Source of the DNA: Candidatus Peregrinibacteria bacterium
GTDB lineage: Bacteria; Patescibacteriota; Gracilibacteria; UBA1369; LOWO2-01-FULL-3
NCBI GenBank assembly: GCA_026395515.1
Contig: JAPLYN010000005.1
Coordinates: forward strand, 111,521-175,520
Length of the DNA stretch: 64,000 nucleotides
Reading direction: 5' to 3'
Each line of letters starts with the position of its first letter. Within the stretch, counting starts at the first letter, position 1. The notes below the pieces were generated by a model, which was not told the DNA's origin, did not search any database, and saw only the letters and a program-made list of their open reading frames with translations. The position numbers and the translations under genes are program-made. Below are positions 1 through 8,944 of this stretch, one piece after another.

Positions 1-342
1 CTAAATCTCAGCAGCAAGAATTTAATTTTGACCAGCTTAATAGGCCTAATTTACGTAATAATCGCCCCAGTTTTAGAAGAATCTATTTTCAGAGGATTAT
101 CATTACAATATCTTACAGCAAAACTAGGCATCAAGTGGAGCATACCAATAACCATACTAATTTCCGTATTAATTGGTTTACCATTTCATAGCCCAATTCC
201 AGCTTTAATTTTTAGTTCAATCGCCACTTTCATCACGATAAAAAACAATTCTATCTGGCCAGCAATAATTTTTCACATCGCGAATAACTTAGTGATATTT
301 GGACTGCTTCTGTCTGTTGGTAAAGGACTAATAACACTCTAG
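1..342 (+). CDS. CPBP-family (CAAX/Abi-type) intramembrane protease, C-terminal part; gene starts upstream of the window
   Basis: Frame 1 is open from nt 1 (the listed start at 28 is an internal TTG). The translation has the CPBP motifs EESIFRG (EExxxR) and FHIANN (HxxxN) within hydrophobic helices. Confidence 0.7.
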   Translation, partial: LNLSSKNLILTSLIGLIYVIIAPVLEESIFRGLSLQYLTAKLGIKWSIPITILISVLIGLPFHSPIPALIFSSIATFITIKNNSIWPAIIFHIANNLVIFGLLLSVGKGLITL

Positions 343-405
343 GCGCGATAAAGCCTTGCCTTAAAAGGAAATTATATAGTATAAAATCTCAGATCAAACT
401 TTCAT

Positions 406-482
<77 letters not shown>

Positions 483-498
483 CTTCAAATCAACACGT

Positions 499-2169
499 CT
501 ATTTGTTCATAGTCATCATGCGATACATCGCATCGGCTACTTCACCACGTGTCATACCTTTACTAGGTTTGATATTTTTTAGAGTAGGATCAAGAATCTT
601 TAATTCTTTAGCGTAGGAAATATAAGGAGCATACCACGCTGATTCGGATACATCACTATAAGGAGCACCAGCCACAACTGGGTCAATATCCACACTCAAT
701 CCATTAAATAAAATCTTGAAGAATTCAGCTTTGTTTACACCATTGTTTGGTCTAAATGTTCCATCTGGATTTCCTTCAACGATATTCTTTTTGTATCCTG
801 TGTAAATATAATTTGTGTACCATGATGAACGACTTACGTCTTTGAATGGCAATTCTCCATGAGAAATTGAAGCGTGAATACTAAGTAATATAAACTTCAA
901 AGCCTCAGCACGAGTTACTAATTGATCAGCTCTAAATGTGCCATCTTCGTAACCCTTAATGATATCTTTTTCGCTCAAATACTTAGTTGCTTCAAAATAT
1001 TTATTATCATTTTCGATATCAGTGAAGAATAGCTTTCCAGAAATTACTTCCTTTTGCTTTTCAGTCACAGGAGTTTCTACGACAGGTGCCTCTACTACTG
1101 GCGTTTCTACCACAGGGGCTTCAACAACCGGCTCAGGAGTTACTTCTGGAGCAACTACAGGCTGTTCTTCTGAAGATGCCACATAAGACGAAGCATCAGC
1201 AGATTTTACTGGCGCAGGCGTCTCTGGCACCACCACAGGAGCTACCACAGGTTGCTCAACTGGAGTTTCTTTTACTACAGTTTTATCAGCTTTTGCATCT
1301 AAGAATTTTTGTACGTAAGCTAATGGATTCACAGTGGTCTGCAAAGCCAATTCCTGACCTAACCCTGCATTAACAGCAGAGAAAAAGTCTAAACCGGCAG
1401 CAGATGCTTCTTGCCAAGTAAAAGGCCAAAAAGGATGATAAGTTGCTTTTTCATTATCTAATTGAAAATGTAAATGAGGAGTAGTTGCGGTACCTGTATG
1501 ACCTGAAAGACCAATTTGCTGACCCTTAGTCACCACATCACCAACACTTACTAAACTCTGACTCATATGACTATAGCTTGAATACAAAACTTCCTTCTTG
1601 CTTGGATTATCTAAATCCGGGAAATTATTATGTTTCAAAACTACATGAACACCAAAACCATCAGATTGATTAGATGATTTTGATACTACACCATTTGCCA
1701 TTGCATACACTGGGGTCCCTTCTGGAACCTTAATATCCACAGCAAGATGAGAACCAGCATTTTCTAAACCATCAAGTTTATAATCTCCCATGTAAGGAGT
1801 TGAATATGTGATTTTAGCATTACGCACAACATCATCAACTGGATTATTCCACTTCAAAGTATCACTAGGCACTTTTAACTGCTGAGGATCATAAGCTGGA
1901 ATATCAATTAATTTAGAATCTGGTAATTGATTAAATGTAAAAGTTCTTTCTTCAGTCGTTAGCTTAGAATAATTAGGAACTTTCTTGATTGGATAAGTTG
2001 TTCCATCGAAAGGAGCATGCTCAGGCAAACTCAAAATATTCGTCTGATAAAGCAAACTATTAACATCCGTAAAAGCCATTACAGATGCAGTCACCAAAGT
2101 GGCCAGCACCAAAACGGCAGTACGCGTATTAAAATCACGACGTTTTTGAACTTTAATATTTTTATTCAT
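499..2169 (-). CDS. Secreted M23/LytM peptidoglycan endopeptidase with Pro/Val/Glu-rich linker and C-terminal SLH-like repeats
   Basis: M23 motifs HLAVDI (HxxxD) and TTPHLHFQL (HxH). N-terminal membrane anchor. Tandem linker PVVEAPVVETPVVEAPVVETPV. Three SLH-like segments (FTDIENDNKYFEATKYL, FKDVSRSSWYTNYIY, YSDVSESAWYAPYISYA). Confidence 0.85.
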   Translation of the reverse strand: MNKNIKVQKRRDFNTRTAVLVLATLVTASVMAFTDVNSLLYQTNILSLPEHAPFDGTTYPIKKVPNYSKLTTEERTFTFNQLPDSKLIDIPAYDPQQLKVPSDTLKWNNPVDDVVRNAKITYSTPYMGDYKLDGLENAGSHLAVDIKVPEGTPVYAMANGVVSKSSNQSDGFGVHVVLKHNNFPDLDNPSKKEVLYSSYSHMSQSLVSVGDVVTKGQQIGLSGHTGTATTPHLHFQLDNEKATYHPFWPFTWQEASAAGLDFFSAVNAGLGQELALQTTVNPLAYVQKFLDAKADKTVVKETPVEQPVVAPVVVPETPAPVKSADASSYVASSEEQPVVAPEVTPEPVVEAPVVETPVVEAPVVETPVTEKQKEVISGKLFFTDIENDNKYFEATKYLSEKDIIKGYEDGTFRADQLVTRAEALKFILLSIHASISHGELPFKDVSRSSWYTNYIYTGYKKNIVEGNPDGTFRPNNGVNKAEFFKILFNGLSVDIDPVVAGAPYSDVSESAWYAPYISYAKELKILDPTLKNIKPSKGMTRGEVADAMYRMMTMNK

Positions 2170-2195
2170 TTGTTTTTGTTTTTATTTATTATAAC

Positions 2196-2204
2196 ATTAT
2201 ACCA
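2196..2204 (-). promoter_or_regulatory. Extended -10 promoter element TGGTATAAT for the M23 peptidase gene
   Basis: The minus strand reads TGGTATAATGTT, 26 nt upstream of the ATG at 2169. The same 12-mer recurs upstream of three other minus-strand genes. Confidence 0.55.
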
Positions 2205-2231
2205 AATTCTAAGCCCAAAAGCAATTACACG

Positions 2232-2651
2232 ATGATCTCAAAAAGCCCTGCAGAAACAGTAAAACTTGCCTTCTCTGTAGCAAAAAAGAGCCAAAAAGGA
2301 GGGCTGATCTGTTTATATGGAGATTTAGGCACTGGAAAGACTACTTTTACCAAGGGTTTCATGAAAGAACTCGGTATTGATAATTTTAGCGTTAAGAGCC
2401 CAACCTATACTTATGTTCGCCAATACAAGCATCCCAAAACCAAGATTTACCACATAGATCTATATAGGCTGGATAATGTGGACCAACTTTTAGTTGAAGA
2501 AATTCAAGAAATATTAGACGATAGAAAAAATATCGTAGTAATTGAATGGGCCGATAAATTAGATGGGTATTTAGAATATGGGAAAAAAACCGAAATTAGC
2601 TTCAAGTACTTAGACGAAGAATCTAGAGAAATAAATGTTAAATATGAATAG
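2232..2651 (+). CDS. tsaE: tRNA t6A37 biosynthesis ATPase TsaE (YjeE)
   Basis: P-loop GDLGTGKTTFTKG, SPTYTYV and HIDLYRL motifs, about 140 aa. Confidence 0.85.
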   Translation: MISKSPAETVKLAFSVAKKSQKGGLICLYGDLGTGKTTFTKGFMKELGIDNFSVKSPTYTYVRQYKHPKTKIYHIDLYRLDNVDQLLVEEIQEILDDRKNIVVIEWADKLDGYLEYGKKTEISFKYLDEESREINVKYE

Positions 2652-3222
2652 AAAAGAAATCAATAAAATATACAAGGAATTTCATGTGCCAAAGCACATT
2701 ATTTCTCACATGAGAGTTGTGGCTAAGGTCGCCAAAAGTTTAGCAGTCAAAAAAGAAGGAGTTGATGCAAAAATGATCGAGAACGCCGCGCTTTTGCATG
2801 ACGTTGTTAGATGCGTAGATTTCAAATCAATTGAAGATAAAGTTTTCAAAATTAAACCTAGCAAAAGCGATTTAATTTGCTGGAAAGAATTATGGGGAAA
2901 ATATCACAAAATTGGCCACGAAAAAGCCATGGCGAAAATCTTAAAAGAAAAAGGTAAAAATAAACTCGCCAAATTAATTTCAAAGCACGGATTTTTCTCA
3001 GTTTGGAAACTCAAAAATCTCGAAGAAAAAATTCTCTATTACGCAGACAAAAGAGTTGATAGAGATAAAATTGTAACTCTTGATGTCCGCTTCGAAGAAG
3101 GTAAAAAGAGAAATATGTCTCCTTCAGACGACAAGGAATATATTAAAAAAACTGAAAATAAAGTCTACGAACTAGAACGTGAGTTAATAAAAACACTAGG
3201 AAAGAGTATTGATCAATTCTAG
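2635..3222 (+). CDS. HD-domain metal-dependent phosphohydrolase
   Basis: HD motif in AALLHDVVR and downstream YYADKRVD. Overlaps the tsaE stop (alternative ATG at 2644). Confidence 0.65.
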   Translation: MLNMNRKEINKIYKEFHVPKHIISHMRVVAKVAKSLAVKKEGVDAKMIENAALLHDVVRCVDFKSIEDKVFKIKPSKSDLICWKELWGKYHKIGHEKAMAKILKEKGKNKLAKLISKHGFFSVWKLKNLEEKILYYADKRVDRDKIVTLDVRFEEGKKRNMSPSDDKEYIKKTENKVYELERELIKTLGKSIDQF

Positions 3223-4494
3223 AGTAGCTGGACCTACGTAACCAGCTCCTGTGTCACTAGGGCTAGAAATAAGCTTATTAGCCTTTTGGAACTCAGTTAC
3301 TGCATTTTGAGTCACTGGACCGTAATATTGAGTAACTAGGTTTCCATCAAGAAATCCCTTATCTTTTAAGAATTTCTGAAGAGCAGCAACATCAGGACCA
3401 CGCATTCCATATCTCAATTCTACTGAAATTAAAGTTCTTTTTGGCTTATCTACTTCTGCGCTAGCAACCATTGTTCTCTTATAAACCTCAGTTGCAGAAG
3501 CAATTCGAGTTTCATTATAGCTACTTGCAGCCACGAGTTTATTGAGACCCTTTCTAGTCTTAGGACCAAATACTCCGGCAAATTCAGAATTTTCATCCAT
3601 CACTAAACCTTGAATTTGTTGAAATTTGAAAACTGCATGTTTTGTGGTATCACCATAAAATCCAGAAATATCAGTTCTGAAAAGATTCAATTTTTTCAAA
3701 TTCTCTTGAAGAGCTTTTACATCATCACCTTTATCTCCAGGTTTTAAATCCGCAATCAAAAAAGCTACAGTTTTTTCTGGAATTACTTGTTTAGTAACAG
3801 TCTTTTTTACGACAGCAGCCTGAGATACTGGTTTAGCCACAGCCTTGTTTTCAGGTGTAACAGCTGCAGTTACTACTTGGCTACAATCATTTGGAGTAGA
3901 TTCACTAGCAGAATAATCACCAAGTGAAACCTGCTCAGCAATAGAAGTATTTACTCCATAGACTTCAACATCCACAGTTTTCTTACCCCAGCTCATCGCT
4001 CTATCCAAACCCTTGTCTCCAAAACCCATCCATATATCCAAACGATCATAGGCAAATTTACCAGTATCAGTAGAGACAATTGCTCCACCTCTATCATGTA
4101 CTCCTACAATTCCAATTCCAGGAATATCCATCTTAGTTCCAAACGGATAAGTCTTAGGAGCAGCGATCATACCAGGGAATACCTGAGTTCCATCAGCTCC
4201 ATTTGTACCATTTCCATTTAAAGCAATTTCACTAGCATAACTACCGGTGTGGTAATGCTGCTGACATGGAAGAGGTGAGTAATATGCTGAAATTATAAAA
4301 GTTTTAGTATAAGGAAATTTTGCAGCATCAGCGCTAGTATCAGATGTAACATCAGTACCATTTAACTGATCGGCAAATACCTTATCTCCAAAGGCAACAT
4401 TGAATGGTTTAAAAGCCAAAAATACTCCCAAAAGCAGAACTAAATCCAAAACCACGAGATTTCGAAAACTTATTTTTGTTTTTGTTTTTTTCAT
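3196..4494 (-). CDS. Secreted 3D-domain (MltA/RlpA-like) cell-wall enzyme with two PG_binding_1 domains
   Basis: N-terminal anchor. 3D-type motif GVHDRGGAIVS...DRLDIWMG. Two peptidoglycan-binding repeats (GDKGDDVKALQENLKKLNLF...AVFKFQ and GMRGPDVAALQKFLKDKGFL...AVTEFQ). Confidence 0.8.
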   Translation of the reverse strand: MKKTKTKISFRNLVVLDLVLLLGVFLAFKPFNVAFGDKVFADQLNGTDVTSDTSADAAKFPYTKTFIISAYYSPLPCQQHYHTGSYASEIALNGNGTNGADGTQVFPGMIAAPKTYPFGTKMDIPGIGIVGVHDRGGAIVSTDTGKFAYDRLDIWMGFGDKGLDRAMSWGKKTVDVEVYGVNTSIAEQVSLGDYSASESTPNDCSQVVTAAVTPENKAVAKPVSQAAVVKKTVTKQVIPEKTVAFLIADLKPGDKGDDVKALQENLKKLNLFRTDISGFYGDTTKHAVFKFQQIQGLVMDENSEFAGVFGPKTRKGLNKLVAASSYNETRIASATEVYKRTMVASAEVDKPKRTLISVELRYGMRGPDVAALQKFLKDKGFLDGNLVTQYYGPVTQNAVTEFQKANKLISSPSDTGAGYVGPATLELINTLS

Positions 4495-4528
4495 TTTTTA
4501 TATTTGTTTTGATTTTTTAAATCTCAAC

Positions 4529-4537
4529 ATTATACCA
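4529..4537 (-). promoter_or_regulatory. Extended -10 promoter element TGGTATAAT for the 3D-domain gene
   Basis: The minus strand reads TGGTATAATGTT, 34 nt upstream of the ATG at 4494. Confidence 0.55.
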
Positions 4538-4538
4538 C

Positions 4539-4566
4539 AAAAAAAGGCCCCCTTCCCAAGAAGCCC
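4539..4566 (-). terminator. Probable intrinsic terminator after the VirD4-like gene
   Basis: The minus strand reads GGGCTTCTTGGGAAGGGGGCC followed by TTTTTTT. This is an interrupted GC-rich hairpin plus a T7 tract, lying between the stop at 4604 and the next promoter. Confidence 0.5.
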
Positions 4567-4603
4567 TTGTCATAAAGATATAAATATTGTCTAGTAAAAA
4601 CCT

Positions 4604-7078
4604 CTAACTTACCCCAATTCTCTTCAAAATCTCACGATCTACGAAGTCTCTATCTCGTCCATACTTCAATCTTGAAAGTTGCTTATATGCCTCCGCAGCC
4701 TCTTTATCTCCTTCCTCAGTGTATGGATTACAAGGAATGATACTGAATGGTCTACTAGGCTGAGTATCGATAGAAAGCTTCATAACAGCCTTAAATTTAT
4801 CGATATTAATAAGATCCTGGTCGCTGAACACTGGTTTCATTTCCTTAGCCATTTCCTCGGCATCCTGAGCACCAATCTTGTAGCACATCATAGAACCAAC
4901 GTTACCAAAAACGGCATTCTTCAAATTAGTACCTTTCTTCTTCTCATCATTAATCTGAGCCAAGTACTGATGGGCGATATTAAGACTAAGGCGATACTTT
5001 CTGGCCTCAGACAAAATACTTTCGATACTGTCAGTAACGTAGTTTTGGAACTCATCAATATATAGGAAGAAATCACGACGTTCATGTTTAGGAATTTTTT
5101 CGCGGCGGAGAGCAGCCATCTGAATCTTTTGTACAATGATAAGACCGAGAAGCTTAGAGTTGATTTCACCCACAGAACCCTTTGAAAGGTTCATAAGAAG
5201 AATCTTTCCACTCTGCATCGCCTTACTAATATCAAAAGCGGACTTTGTCTGACCAATGATATTTCTCATCATCGTATTAGTCACGAACTGACCGAACTTA
5301 GCAGCAAAGTAAGGAATCATTTCTTGTTTCTCACGAGCACCAGTCTTAGCCATCTGATGATCCCAGAAAGAAGCTACGATAGGGTTGGTAACGTGCTGTC
5401 TTTTCACCTTAGCGAAATCATCATCAGTAAACAAACGCACTATATCGGTAAGAGAACCACCGGCTGGATCTGACATCAGAGTAAGACAACCATTACGGAA
5501 GTAATCCTGAATACGTGGACCAAAGGTTTCTTCATCAAAAAGCTTAATCATAATGTTCATCGCATCAAGAGCCACAAGCTCTTTCTCTTCCCAAGTATCA
5601 CCCTCGAGCAAGTTCATACCGAGAGGTCTTTCCATATCGCTAGGATTGAAATAAATCACATCATCAGCGCGGTGACGAGGAATAAAAGGAAGTACGTCTT
5701 CAATCAAAGAACCATGGGGATCAATTACACATAAACCATCGCCATTTCTCAAATCCTGACGAATCATGACCTGCAAAACGGAAGATTTACCTGTACCTGT
5801 TTGTCCAATTACATAGAAGTGACGGAATCTATCCTCACGCTTCATGCGAATTTCTTTCTTCTCACCACGATAGATATTATGACCAAGCAAAATTCCTTCT
5901 GTAGGAATATTAGCTGGTGGGGGAGCAATCTTGAAATTCTGCCAAGCAATAGATGGATATTTATTGAAACGAATATTAGGAACGTGAAAAATACTAGCTA
6001 ACTCTTCAGATGATAAAACCATCTTAGTTCTTGTAACCCATTGATTGAAACCTCTTCTAAAATTACGGAAAATGTAATTAGTAATTAAAGGCTTTGTATT
6101 ATGCCAATGAGTATAAGTAAGTTCATTTCCATGTTTAGTACTGTATTGATTAAAAGCACCTCTCATAGAAACTAGATTTACATGAGCGTCGTGCTTAGTT
6201 TTTCCTGCTGCAATCAATCTAATAACAGTCTGGAAACCAGAACGAGAGTTCTTTTCCTCCATAGCTTTTACTTCTTCATCTGTAATAGGTGTAGTACGAG
6301 TAGAAACACCATCCTTATCTAGATTCAAAACTCCTTTTTCACCATGAAAAAGTAATTCAAACAACATTGAGAACCAGCTGATAGGATTCCACCATTGGAA
6401 ATGACTATCCTTCTTATTCTGGAAAATATCGCTAGCTTTCATACGACCCTCTTCCTGCCAACCATCCTTAAGTGGACGTACCATAATTTGAACAGCAGCA
6501 CCTTCATCGGGTCTAATTTTAGAAAGAGAATTGACGATTGCATTGATAGGATCAGCATTCATCCTAGAGAATGTTCTGATAGGATAATAATACTCTTTAT
6601 GTGGAACGATGTAGCAAGCCGCTACTTCGCTGTCAGGTTGGAAAATATTGTAATCTTCTACCTGTTCTATATAAGCATCAGGATAGAAAGATGTAAGTTG
6701 TTTTTCGATTATAGGAAGTAAATCACGAGGGCAAACTATAAAAAAGTGCACCTGTGAATCAAGAACAGCATATTCAAAAGACAAAAATTCCTGAGCAGTG
6801 AAAACGTTGTACCATTCTTTGATATAAATAGCGTGAAGAGCCTCAAAGAACTGAGTCATAATTCCACAAGCGATTTCCTTAAAATCTTTCTGAGTAGAAT
6901 ATTGTTCACCTTCAACCTCTCTATCATCCTTTGATTCTTTCTTTGGCACGCGAATATCCAGAAAAACCATATTGAATGATCTTTCAAGATTCTTTTTATA
7001 ACGTACATACGTCACAATCGCTGCTACTAGAGCAGAAACTCCGATTATCAATAAGGTAACAAGGATCCAACTAGGCAT
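4604..7078 (-). CDS. VirD4/TraD/TraG-type (FtsK/HerA-clade) membrane-anchored coupling ATPase, paralog 1
   Basis: N-terminal TM helix, Walker A GQTGTGKSS, VIDPHGS, Walker B FFLYIDEFQN. Collinear with 25245..27968 (for example FGPRIQDYFRNGCLTLM and EMIPYFAAKFG blocks). Confidence 0.75.
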   Translation of the reverse strand: MPSWILVTLLIIGVSALVAAIVTYVRYKKNLERSFNMVFLDIRVPKKESKDDREVEGEQYSTQKDFKEIACGIMTQFFEALHAIYIKEWYNVFTAQEFLSFEYAVLDSQVHFFIVCPRDLLPIIEKQLTSFYPDAYIEQVEDYNIFQPDSEVAACYIVPHKEYYYPIRTFSRMNADPINAIVNSLSKIRPDEGAAVQIMVRPLKDGWQEEGRMKASDIFQNKKDSHFQWWNPISWFSMLFELLFHGEKGVLNLDKDGVSTRTTPITDEEVKAMEEKNSRSGFQTVIRLIAAGKTKHDAHVNLVSMRGAFNQYSTKHGNELTYTHWHNTKPLITNYIFRNFRRGFNQWVTRTKMVLSSEELASIFHVPNIRFNKYPSIAWQNFKIAPPPANIPTEGILLGHNIYRGEKKEIRMKREDRFRHFYVIGQTGTGKSSVLQVMIRQDLRNGDGLCVIDPHGSLIEDVLPFIPRHRADDVIYFNPSDMERPLGMNLLEGDTWEEKELVALDAMNIMIKLFDEETFGPRIQDYFRNGCLTLMSDPAGGSLTDIVRLFTDDDFAKVKRQHVTNPIVASFWDHQMAKTGAREKQEMIPYFAAKFGQFVTNTMMRNIIGQTKSAFDISKAMQSGKILLMNLSKGSVGEINSKLLGLIIVQKIQMAALRREKIPKHERRDFFLYIDEFQNYVTDSIESILSEARKYRLSLNIAHQYLAQINDEKKKGTNLKNAVFGNVGSMMCYKIGAQDAEEMAKEMKPVFSDQDLINIDKFKAVMKLSIDTQPSRPFSIIPCNPYTEEGDKEAAEAYKQLSRLKYGRDRDFVDREILKRIGVS

Positions 7079-7109
7079 TTATAGGAATTTAATCAGTAAA
7101 TTATTATCA

Positions 7110-8876
7110 CTATTTCTTCTTTATATCAATTTTAACACTTAACTCTTCAAGCTGAGCCTGAGGCATTTCCGAAGGAGCTCCGAGCATTAAATCTTTAGCC
7201 TTAGAATCTTTAGGGAAAGCAATAACCTCACGGATATTAGGTTCATTTGCAATAATCATCACCAAGCGATCAAGTCCCCAAGCGATTCCACCATGAGGAG
7301 GTGCACCAAATTGGAAAGCTTCTAACATATGACCAAAGCGATGTTCAGCATCCTCATTTGAAATTCCAAGAATTTCAAAAATTCTCGCCTGAACCTTCCT
7401 ATCATGAATTCTAATAGAACCACCACCAACTTCCGTACCATTCAAAACGATATCGTAAGCCTTAGCGATTGATAGCTCAGGATTTTTATCTAGGTCAGCC
7501 TCGTGTTTAGGGGCAGTAAAAGGATGATGCACAGCACCTACAGCACCAGATTCATCATCAACTTCAAACATTGGGAAATCAATTACCCAGCAGAAAGCGA
7601 AGAGATTTGGATCCATAAGTCCCATCTTTGAACCAATAGACAAACGCACGTGACCAAGAGATTCACAAGCCACTTTGAATTTATCAGCAGCAAAGAAAAC
7701 TATATCGCCAACTTTTGCATCAACTCTCTTCATCAATTCTTTCAATTCATCTTCTTTGAAATACTTAACAATAGGGGACTTGAGATTGCCTTCTTCAACA
7801 ACGATGTAAGCCAAACCTTTTGCCTTATAAATTTTTGCAATTTCAGTAAACTCATCAATTTCACGACGAGTAAATTTAGCACCACCATCAACTTTCAAAG
7901 CTTTAACAACTCCGCCATTTTCTACAGCAGATTTAAAGACTGAGAATTCACACTTTCCAGCAATATCACTCACATCAACCATAGCCATCTCAAAACGAAT
8001 ATCTGGCTTATCGCTACCATATTTATTCATAGCATCCTCATACGTAAGGACAGGGAATGGCAACTTCATTATTTTCTTATCAACAGCAAATTTATTAATA
8101 ACATCTATCATCAAACTTTCATTTACTTTCATGATATCCTCCATATCAATAAATGACATCTCCATATCGAGCTGTGTGAATTCAGGCTGTCTATCTCCAC
8201 GCTGATCCTCATCTCTAAAACATCTAGCAATTTGGAAATACTTATCAAATCCAGCAACCATCAAAAGCTGTTTCAATTGCTGAGGAGATTGTGGGAGTAC
8301 ATAAAAAGTTCCTGGATATAAACGAGAAGGTACAAGATATTCACGACTTCCTTCTGGAGTTCCCTTAATCAAAATTGGAGTCTCAACCTCAATAAAACTT
8401 TCACCATCCAAAAAGTCACGAATATATTTAATAATTTTATGACGAAGAATAATATTGCTCTTAAGCTTTGTTTTACGTAAATCCAAATAGCGATATTTCA
8501 ATCTCATATCTTCACCAACTTCCTTGTCTTGATCAATTTCAAATGGAGGAGTTTTTGAAGTATTCAAAACTTTCAATTCAGTCACGAAAATTTCTACTTC
8601 ACCAGTAGCATGATTTAGATTTGCTTGGCCATCAGGTCTAGCTCTCACTTTTCCTGTTACTTGAAGAACAAACTCAGAACGCACATCATTCATTGCATCG
8701 TGCGCTGCTTTGAAATTTTCCGGATCGGAAACGATTTGAGTAATGCCATAACGATCACGTAAATCCACGAAAATTACTCCACCATGATCACGGCGACGAT
8801 TCACCCAACCACACAGAATTACTTCCTTTCCTATATCCTTCTTCGAAACATCATTACAAGTACTGGTTCTATACAT
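7110..8876 (-). CDS. aspS: Aspartyl-tRNA synthetase
   Basis: Class II motifs FYVLPQSPQQLKQLLMVAGFDKYFQIARCFRDEDQRGDRQPEFTQLDMEMSF and GGGSIRIHD...GLDRL. Confidence 0.95.
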   Translation of the reverse strand: MYRTSTCNDVSKKDIGKEVILCGWVNRRRDHGGVIFVDLRDRYGITQIVSDPENFKAAHDAMNDVRSEFVLQVTGKVRARPDGQANLNHATGEVEIFVTELKVLNTSKTPPFEIDQDKEVGEDMRLKYRYLDLRKTKLKSNIILRHKIIKYIRDFLDGESFIEVETPILIKGTPEGSREYLVPSRLYPGTFYVLPQSPQQLKQLLMVAGFDKYFQIARCFRDEDQRGDRQPEFTQLDMEMSFIDMEDIMKVNESLMIDVINKFAVDKKIMKLPFPVLTYEDAMNKYGSDKPDIRFEMAMVDVSDIAGKCEFSVFKSAVENGGVVKALKVDGGAKFTRREIDEFTEIAKIYKAKGLAYIVVEEGNLKSPIVKYFKEDELKELMKRVDAKVGDIVFFAADKFKVACESLGHVRLSIGSKMGLMDPNLFAFCWVIDFPMFEVDDESGAVGAVHHPFTAPKHEADLDKNPELSIAKAYDIVLNGTEVGGGSIRIHDRKVQARIFEILGISNEDAEHRFGHMLEAFQFGAPPHGGIAWGLDRLVMIIANEPNIREVIAFPKDSKAKDLMLGAPSEMPQAQLEELSVKIDIKKK

Positions 8877-8944
8877 AAAAATAGTTAAAATAAAACATTC
8901 TAATCTTAGAGAAGAAAGCTTTAATTATCAACAGAAATCTTCAG

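Noticed and set aside
1075-1145. A short tandem DNA repeat inside the M23 peptidase gene.
   Set aside because: It is an in-frame repeat encoding the PVVEAPVVETPVVEAPVVETPV linker. It is not a CRISPR array or a regulatory repeat.
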